A DNA stretch of 64,000 bases from contig CAVZKD010000007.1 of NCBI GenBank assembly GCA_963775735.1, positions 2,177,239 through 2,241,238 of the forward strand, given 5' to 3'. Position 1 is the first letter of the stretch; every line of letters begins with the position of its first letter. The position numbers and the translations under genes are program-made. Under the pieces are notes generated by a model. It did no database searches and was not told where the DNA came from. It saw nothing but the letters and a program-made list of their open reading frames with translations. Source of the stretch: an uncultured Actinomycetes bacterium. GTDB taxonomy: Bacteria; Actinomycetota; UBA4738; HRBIN12. Of this stretch, positions 57,662 through 64,000 are shown one piece after another.

Positions 57662-57901
57662 GTGCGTGAACCTCCTTCAGGGGTCGAGCCTGGGAACGGC
57701 GGGGGTGGCGGGGGGTGCCGGCGAAGGCCTATCGGCCGTCGCTGGGCACCTTGGGACAGCAGCACCGGTCGGGGATCATGGCCCCCACGAGCCCTCGGCA
57801 GCGTGTCCGGATCATCGCAGGTGCAAATCCTACCCAGGGGATGGGATCCGGCACAACCAGCGCGGTGCTTGCGGGGAACGAGCCGTCCCGGCGGCTATCG
57901 T

Positions 57902-59182
57902 GTGCGCGTGCCTGCGCGCGCTCGCCCGCTCATCCGCCGCGTCGGGATCGCCTCCGGCGCCATCGCCCTGGGTGTCTGGCTTCTTCTCGCCGGCCCGGCT
58001 TCGGCGGCACCCACGTGCGTGTTCGACCAGGTCGGCGGGGCCGTGACGATCGCCGTGGGCGACGGCGAGACCGCCGCGATCGCGGTCGCGAACGGCGAGA
58101 TCACCCTCAACGGCACCGCGTGCGAGGCCGCCACGGTCTCGACGACCGACTCGATCACGGTGGACGCGACCGGAACGCCGGCCCAGGTCGACATCGACCT
58201 CAGCGGTGGCGAGTTCGGCCCCGGCCTCACACCGGAGGGAGATGGAGCCTCCGAGATCGAGTTCAGCCTGAACCTGCCGAACGGCTCGCCGGTCGTTCGG
58301 GTGGTGGGGGGCGAGAACGCCGACAACCTGGCGTACGGGACCGGAGGCATCAACCTGAACGGCGCCGAGAGCACCGCCGATGCCGACGTGACGATCACCG
58401 GGACACCTACGGTCGTGCTCGACGGCAACGCCGGCAACGACGTGCTGTCGGTCGGGGGCGGCGCCGGGACCGGGGGCGCCGCGTCGGGGACGCTGAACGG
58501 GGGGAGCGAGGACGATCTGCTGTTCGGAGGCCTCGGGGGGAGCACGTTCGACGGTGGGAACGGAACCGACGGTCTCGACTACGCGGCCGCGTCTCAGTTG
58601 CTGATCGCGAACCTGGCGACGAGCGTCGCCAACCACGCGGGAGGGCTATCCGACCAGCTCTCGAACCTCGAGAACCTCGCCGGGTCGCCCGGAGCCGACG
58701 CGATCACCGGTGACGACGGCCCGAACGTGCTTCAGGCGGGCGGAGGCGACGACGTGGTCATCGGCGGCGGGGGCGACGACACGCTCGGCGGCGGCGAGGG
58801 GCTCGACACGCTCGCGTTCGGCGTCGTGGAGGCCGGCGTGGAGGTGGACCTGCGCGACGGGACCTCCGAGGGTGACGGCAACGACGTGCTGGCGGACTTC
58901 GAGAACGTGGTGGGAACCACGCAGGCCGACACGATCCACGCCGACCATGGACGCAGCATCGTGATCGGCGGCCGCGGCAGCGACGAGCTCTACGGTCACG
59001 ACGGAGCCGACGACCTGCAAGGCGACCAGGGCAACGATCAGCTGTTCGGTCAGAAGGGAACGGACCTCGTGAACGGCGGACCCGGCCGCGACCAGCTCGA
59101 CGGCGGACAGGCGAACGACCGCTGCCGCGGCGGCCCCGATCCGGACGCGTTCGTGTTCTGCGAGGTCATCAGGCTCAACTGA
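57902..59182 (+). CDS. Secreted calcium-binding RTX (hemolysin-type nonapeptide repeat) protein.
   Basis: The signal peptide is RRVGIASGAIALGVWLLLAGPASA. Many GGxGxD-type repeats follow (GNAGNDVLSVGGGAG, GGSEDDLLFGGLGGSTFDGGNGTD, GGGDDVVIGGGGDDTLGGGEGLD, GGRGSDELYGHDGADDLQGDQGND). Confidence 0.8.
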   Translation: MRVPARARPLIRRVGIASGAIALGVWLLLAGPASAAPTCVFDQVGGAVTIAVGDGETAAIAVANGEITLNGTACEAATVSTTDSITVDATGTPAQVDIDLSGGEFGPGLTPEGDGASEIEFSLNLPNGSPVVRVVGGENADNLAYGTGGINLNGAESTADADVTITGTPTVVLDGNAGNDVLSVGGGAGTGGAASGTLNGGSEDDLLFGGLGGSTFDGGNGTDGLDYAAASQLLIANLATSVANHAGGLSDQLSNLENLAGSPGADAITGDDGPNVLQAGGGDDVVIGGGGDDTLGGGEGLDTLAFGVVEAGVEVDLRDGTSEGDGNDVLADFENVVGTTQADTIHADHGRSIVIGGRGSDELYGHDGADDLQGDQGNDQLFGQKGTDLVNGGPGRDQLDGGQANDRCRGGPDPDAFVFCEVIRLN

Positions 59183-59203
59183 GGCTCACCGCCGGCCCGC
59201 GCT

Positions 59204-59677
59204 TCACAGGAGCCGGCGCCTGGCCGGCGGCCACCACACGAGCACCAGACGGCCGCGCACCCGCGATCCATCGACCGCTCCGAAGTGCCGGCTGTCGGTG
59301 GAGCTCGCCGGATCGTCCCCTTCGACCCAGAGCTCGATCGGGCGGTCCCCCGACTCGGGCGACCGGGAGGACCGCACCTCGGTCACCCGTTTGACGAGCT
59401 CGAAGCCGGGCCGCCCGGGGTGCTCGAGCACCACGATGTCGCCGGGCCGCGGACGGCGACCGTGAGCGCTCCCGATCGCGAGCGCCCAGTCCCCCGGCTC
59501 GAGCGTCGGACGCATCGACGGGCCGGCGATCTCGACACGGAACGGCCGCCATCGCACGAAGGCGAAGGCCGCCGCGACGACCGCGGTGGAGGCTGCGACC
59601 AGCTTCCTCGATCTCCGAGCCCGGTGATAGGTTGGCGATCCCGGAAGTGAGCCGTCCGAAGGAGGGGGAACGCCCAT
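59204..59677 (-). CDS. sodX: Ni-SOD maturation protease (S26 signal-peptidase-like).
   Basis: The S26 catalytic Ser context is AGPSMRPTLEPGDW, with VKRV.. and DSRHFG also present. The gene is divergent from sodN. Confidence 0.8.
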   Translation of the reverse strand: MGVPPPSDGSLPGSPTYHRARRSRKLVAASTAVVAAAFAFVRWRPFRVEIAGPSMRPTLEPGDWALAIGSAHGRRPRPGDIVVLEHPGRPGFELVKRVTEVRSSRSPESGDRPIELWVEGDDPASSTDSRHFGAVDGSRVRGRLVLVWWPPARRRLL

Positions 59678-60092
59678 GCTCGAAGCTTTGCTCAGACCGC
59701 GCAGGGTCGTCCACGCGCATTGCGACCTGCCGTGCGGCGTCTACGAACCGGCCCAGGCCCGGATCGAGGCCGAGTCCGTGAAGGCGACCCAGGCTCGGTA
59801 CCAGGATGCCGAGAAGTTCAAGACGGCGGGCGAGTCGGTGGAGGACTACCGGACGCGCGCGCTCGCGATCAAGGAGCAGCGCGCGGACCTCGTCAAGGAG
59901 CACCTGTGGGTGCTGTGGACCGACTACTTCAAGCCCGAGCACGTGGAGAAGTACCCGAACCTCCACGAGCTGTTCTGGACGGCGACGAAGGAGGCCGGCG
60001 CGGCGAAGAAGTCGCAGGACCCCGAGCAGGGGCAGAAGCTCCTCGACGCGATCGACGAGATCGCGAAGATCTTCTGGGAGACGAAGTCCTAG
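59676..60092 (+). CDS. sodN: Nickel-containing superoxide dismutase precursor.
   Basis: A 14-aa propeptide precedes the Ni-hook HCDLPCGVYEPAQ. A strong SD (AAGGAGGGGG) is present. The ORF is 138 aa. Confidence 0.95.
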   Translation: MLEALLRPRRVVHAHCDLPCGVYEPAQARIEAESVKATQARYQDAEKFKTAGESVEDYRTRALAIKEQRADLVKEHLWVLWTDYFKPEHVEKYPNLHELFWTATKEAGAAKKSQDPEQGQKLLDAIDEIAKIFWETKS

Positions 60093-60112
60093 GCCCCGTG
60101 TCGCGTTCCCGA

Positions 60113-60149
60113 CGGGGCGAGACCCACAGGGGTCTCGCCCCGTTGCGGT
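60113..60149 (+). terminator. Intrinsic terminator after sodN.
   Basis: The hairpin is CGGGGCGAGACCC-ACAG-GGGTCTCGCCCCG (13-bp perfect stem), followed by TTGCGGTT. Confidence 0.65.
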
Positions 60150-60166
60150 TCCGGTAGCGTCCGCGC

Positions 60167-61146
60167 GTGAAGGACATCGGGCTCGTCGGGCTTCCGTTCA
60201 GCGGGAAGTCGACGCTGTTCACCGCGCTCACCCGGACCGGGACCCACGGCGGACAGGCGAACCACGCGGTCGTGCAGGTCCCCGATCCGCGACTCGGCGT
60301 GCTGACCGAGATGGAGCGCTCCCGCAAGACCGTGCCCGCGCAGGTCGGGTTCGTCGACGTGCCGGGCGGGACGTCCTCCTCACAGGGCATCGCGAAGCTC
60401 CGCGAGTCCGACGCTCTCGCGATCGTCATCCGCTGCTTCGGACCCTCGGCGAAGCCGGCCGACGACCTGGCCGAGGTGCGGACCGAACTGCTCCTTGCCG
60501 ACCAGGCGGTGATCGAGCCCGCGCTCGCGAGGGCGCAGAAGCGAGCGACGCGGCGCGACCACACCCGAGGTCGAGGCGCTCACCGCCGCCGCGGGGGTGC
60601 TCGAGGCGGAGCAGCAGCTCGCCGATGCCGGCCTCCCCGAGGGAGGTCCGCCGGGAACTGAAGGCGATCGCGCCGCTCACGCTGAAGCCCTCGGTCGTCG
60701 TGGCGAACCTGGAGGAGGGCACCGACGTGCCGGACGAACTCCCCGATGGGAGCGTCGGCGTGTACGCCTCGATCGAGGCCGAGACCGCGGAGATGGACCC
60801 GGCCGAGGCCCGGGCGCTCCTCGACGAGTTCGGCGTGCACGAGCCCGGTCTGCAGACCGTGATCCGAGCGTCGTACGGCGCCCTGGATCTCATCACGTTC
60901 CTCACGACCGGCGAGGACGAGTCGCGCGCGTGGGAGGTCCGTCGAGGCGCGAAGGCGCCCGAGGCCTCCGGCGTCATCCACACCGACCTCGAACGCGGGT
61001 TCATCCGCGCCGAGGTCATCACGTACGACGATCTCGTCGCCGCCGGCTCGATGGATGCCGCGAAGTCGGCGGGCAAGGTCCGCGTCGAGGGCAAGGACTA
61101 CATCGTGCACGAGGGCGACGTCCTGCACGTTCGCTTCGCCGTCTGA
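60167..61146 (+). pseudogene. ychF: Ribosome-binding ATPase YchF (OLA1 family); two frame breaks (~60550 and ~60645).
   Basis: The G1 motif is GLVGLPFSGKSTLFTAL, and VDVPG is present. Later pieces are ..PEVEALTAAAGVLEAEQQLADAGLP.. (second frame), then LKAIAPLTLKPSVVVANL...FLTTGEDESRAWEVRRGAKAPEASGVIHTDLERGFIRAEVI...GKDYIVHEGDVLHVRFAV* (third frame). Confidence 0.85.
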
Positions 61147-61221
61147 ACCATCCTGAGCGCGATATCGCCAGGTTTCTCTGGTGTCTCAAGGCTGGCATAC
61201 CCTGGTAGCGCTCCGTGACCC

Positions 61222-61611
61222 GTGCCCGAGACCTACCGGATCGGGGAGGCCGCCGAGATGCTCGGCGTGCGGGTCGAGACGCTGCGCCGGTGGGAGCGCG
61301 ACGGGAAGCTGCGGACGACGCGCACCAGCGGCAAGCAGCGGCTGGTTCCCGCGGCCGAGGTGGCTCGTCTCCTCACCGAGCGCCGCGAGCACCCCCGGGT
61401 GACGGCGGGGAGCGTCCGCAACCGCTTCCCCGGGGTCGTGACCGAGATCAAGCGCGACAAGCTCGCCGCCACCGTCGAGATCCTGGCCGGACCGCATCGC
61501 ATCCTGGCGTTCATCACGCGCGAGGCCGTCGACGAGATGGGCCTCGAGCCGGGGATGCACGTCGCCGCGACCGTGAAGGCCACGAACGTCATGGTCGAGG
61601 TGGATCGATGA
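61222..61611 (+). CDS. Excisionase/MerR-type HTH + TOBE (molybdate-binding) domain regulator.
   Basis: The HTH is YRIGEAAEMLGVRVETLRRWERDGKL. The TOBE domain is SVRNRFPGVVTEIKRDKLAATVEILAGPHRILAFITREAVDEMGLEPGMHVAATVKATNVMV. It has an ATGA overlap with modA. Confidence 0.8.
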   Translation: MPETYRIGEAAEMLGVRVETLRRWERDGKLRTTRTSGKQRLVPAAEVARLLTERREHPRVTAGSVRNRFPGVVTEIKRDKLAATVEILAGPHRILAFITREAVDEMGLEPGMHVAATVKATNVMVEVDR

Positions 61612-62400
61612 GGACGTTGCTGGCCGTGATCGCGTCGATGTCGCTCGTGCTGGCTGCATGCGGCGACTCGGATGACGGGCGGGAGACCGGGGGCGACGGG
61701 ACGACGGAGGAAACCGCACTGACGGTGTCGGCGGCTGCGTCGCTCACCGACGCGTTCACCGACATCGGCCAGGCGTACGAAGAGCGGAACGAGGGCCTCA
61801 CGGTGACCTTCAACTTCGGCCCGTCGGACGGCCTCGCGACCCAGATCAACGAGGGTGCGCCGGTCGACGTCTTCGCCTCGGCCAGCGGCACCTGGATGGA
61901 CGCGGTCCAGGAGGAGGGTCCGGGAGTCAGCGGCCGAGCCGACTTCGCGAGGAATCGCCTCGCGATCGTCGTGCCGACCGACAACCCGGCCGGGGTCGAG
62001 GACATCCGCGATCTCACCGAGGACGACCTGCAGCTCGTGATCGCGGCCGAAGGCGTCCCCGCCGGCGACTACGCGCGGGAGATCTTCGCGAACGCCGGCA
62101 TCTCGCGAGGCAGCCCTCGCCAACGTGGTGTCGAACGCCGAGGACGTGCGGGCGGTCGTGACGGCCGGTCGCCTCGGGTGAGGCGGACGCGGGCGTCGTG
62201 TACGTCACCGACGTGACCGCCGACGTCGCCGACCGGGTCACGCTGATCGAGATCCCCGACGAGATCAACGTCATCGCCACGTACCCCATCGCCGTCATCA
62301 CCGGCTCGCAGGAGGCCGACCTCGCGCAGGGATTCGTCGACTATGTCCTCGGCGACGGGCAGCAGATCCTCGCCGACTACGGGTTCCTCCCCGCCCGTAG
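61608..62400 (+). pseudogene. modA: Molybdate ABC transporter substrate-binding lipoprotein. It has two frame breaks (~62105 and ~62155), and no in-frame stop precedes modB.
   Basis: The lipobox is LVLAAC. Motifs LTVSAAASLTDAF and VTFNFGPSDGLATQI are present. Later pieces are SEAALANVVSNAEDVRAVVTA (frame 2) and VASGEADAGVVYVTDV...ATYPIAVI...DYGFLP (frame 3). Confidence 0.85.
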
Positions 62401-62434
62401 GCGGGGAACCCCGGGGGCCTTCGTCGCGCTCGCC

Positions 62435-63184
62435 GTGGCGGGGGTCCTGCTCGTCGCGCTCCCGCTCCTCGGGCTCCTGATCAGGACCCCGTGGTCTCGG
62501 CTCGGCGAGATCCTGGCGAGCGAGACCGTCCGCACGGCGTTGCGACTCTCGCTCGTCGTGGCCACGGCCGCGGCGGCCATCTCGTTCGTGACGGGGTTCC
62601 CCCTCGCCTGGGTGCTCGCTCGCGGGGACTTCCGAGGGAAGACGCTCGTTCGCGCCGTCGTCATCCTCCCGCTCGTGATGCCGCCGGTCGTGGCCGGCGT
62701 CGCGCTGCTGGCGGCGTTCGGACGACGGGGGATCGTCGGGTCCTGGCTCTACGACTGGTTCGGCATCCAGATCACGTTCACGACCTGGGCGGCCGTCCTC
62801 GCCGCCGCCTTCGTGTCGTTCCCGCTCGCGGTGCTCGCGCTCGAGGCGGGGCTGCGGGGGCTCGACGAGCGTCTCGAGGACGCCGCCTCCACGCTCGGTG
62901 CCTCCCGCTGGTACGTGATGCGGCGGGTCACGATGCCGCTCATGGCGCCGCAGATCGCGGCGGCCCTCGTCCTGTCGTGGGCGCGGGCACTCGGCGAGTT
63001 CGGGGCGACGATCACGTTCGCCGGGAACCTCCAAGGCCGGACGCAGACCTTGCCACTCGCCGTCTTCGAGCGCCTGCAGACCGACCAGGACGCCGCGTTC
63101 GCGATCTCGATGGTGCTCATCGCGATCGCCTTCGGCGTGATCATCGCGCTGCGAGGCAGGTTCCTCGCGGTGAGCAGATCGTGA
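62435..63184 (+). CDS. modB: Molybdate ABC transporter permease. The N-terminus probably extends upstream (RRRGTPGAFVALAVA...) and the start is unresolved.
   Basis: The EAA loop region is LEDAASTLGASRWYVMRRVTMPLMAPQIAAALVLSWARALGEFGATITFAGN. There are 5-6 TM segments. Confidence 0.85.
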   Translation: MAGVLLVALPLLGLLIRTPWSRLGEILASETVRTALRLSLVVATAAAAISFVTGFPLAWVLARGDFRGKTLVRAVVILPLVMPPVVAGVALLAAFGRRGIVGSWLYDWFGIQITFTTWAAVLAAAFVSFPLAVLALEAGLRGLDERLEDAASTLGASRWYVMRRVTMPLMAPQIAAALVLSWARALGEFGATITFAGNLQGRTQTLPLAVFERLQTDQDAAFAISMVLIAIAFGVIIALRGRFLAVSRS

Positions 63185-64000
63185 GCCTGTCGGTCGACGT
63201 GACGATCCGCCGAGGCGGGTTCGAGGTCCGGGCCGCGTTCGATGCGGCGGCCGGCGAGACGGTCGCGCTGCTCGGCCCGAACGGCTCGGGCAAGTCGACG
63301 CTCGTCGCGACGATCGCGGGCCTGCTCCCTCCCACCGACGGGACGATCGCCCTCGACGGGGTCGAGCTCGACGCACCGGCGGGAGCGCACGTGCCGCCCG
63401 AGCGCCGGCCGATCGGCGTCGTGTTCCAGGACCTCCTGCTGTTCCCGCACCTGTCGGCGATCGAGAACGTCGCATTCCCGCTCCGGGCCCGCGGGTGGCC
63501 AGGCCCGAGGCCCGAGAGCGGGCTCGGCCGGCTGCTCGAGCCGGCTCGGGCTCGTCGAACGCGCCGATGCGCGGCCCGGCGATCTTTCCGGTGGCGAGGC
63601 GCAGCGCGTCGCGCTCGCGCGAGCGTTGATCGTCGAGCCAGCGCTGCTGCTGCTCGACGAGCCGCTCTCCGCTCTCGACGTCGGTGCGCGCGTCCGGGTG
63701 CGTGAGCTCGTCCGGGAGGAGCTCGATCGGTTCCCCGGCATCCGCGTCATCGTCACGCACGACCCGGTCGAGGCCTCGGCGCTCGCCGATCGACTCGTGC
63801 TCCTCGAGGACGGCCTCGTCACGCAGATCGGATCGCCGGACCAGATCCGCACGGCGCCGCGATCCCGCTACGCCGCCGACCTCGTCGGGATGAACGCCTT
63901 CCACGGACGACTCGAACGGTCCGAGGGTGCCGGGAGGACTCTGGACGAGTGGACGGGAACGTCGTCGTGGTCGCCCTGGCCGGATCAGCGCTCGAGGGCG
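63181..64000 (+). pseudogene. modC: Molybdate ABC transporter ATP-binding protein. The 3' end lies beyond the window, and there are about 3 indels at 63493-63545.
   Basis: It has a GTGA overlap with modB. Walker A is GPNGSGKST. After the shifts the sequence reads LSGGEAQRVALARALIVEPALLLLDEPLSALD (signature + Walker B) and IVTHD. Confidence 0.85.

Noticed and set aside
62069-63904. A 611-aa minus-strand ORF.
   Set aside because: It is antisense to modB/modC, which carry unambiguous ABC-transporter motifs.

Overview
The window looks like a high-GC chromosomal segment from an Actinomycetota-like genome. Supporting markers are frequent GTG starts, the Ni-SOD pair sodN/sodX, a PAC2 protein and PadR-ino1 synteny. 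I can support about 56 protein-coding genes. I recognised no rRNA, tRNA, CRISPR array, IS element or prophage by eye.

Gene content:
- Signalling genes are over-represented. There are four class III nucleotidyl-cyclase genes, and three share a cyclase / STAND-ATPase / TPR core. One of these is a 1602-aa SARP + Ser/Thr-kinase + cyclase + STAND + TPR fusion. There is also a second Ser/Thr kinase, a LuxR/TPR regulator, an ECF-type sigma factor with a STAS neighbour, and PadR and HTH-TOBE regulators.
- A secreted phosphorus-scavenging-like cluster holds an AlkP-family enzyme and two Tat-signal phospholipase-C-type phosphoesterases.
- Other content includes the PadR-ino1 operon, modABC, TusA/DsrE, a P450, an RTX-repeat protein and several MFS transporters.
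- Many operons use 4-nt ATGA/GTGA stop-start overlaps.

Most interesting loci:
1. A visibly lower-GC two-gene cassette at 35593..36627. It encodes an NHLP-clan-like 83-aa protein followed by a heme-oxygenase-like di-iron enzyme, and it is divergent from the SARP-headed mega-regulator.
2. The mega-regulator itself (36910..41718).
3. A translationally coupled cyclase plus a transporter-like/HEAT/cNMP-binding membrane protein (14576..18232).

Caveat on sequence quality: at least 30 single-base frame breaks interrupt otherwise well-conserved genes. Many sit in short homopolymer runs. They are concentrated in 1..21.7 kb and 55..64 kb, while about 21.8..55 kb is almost clean. Calls of 'pseudogene' here may therefore reflect consensus errors rather than biology.
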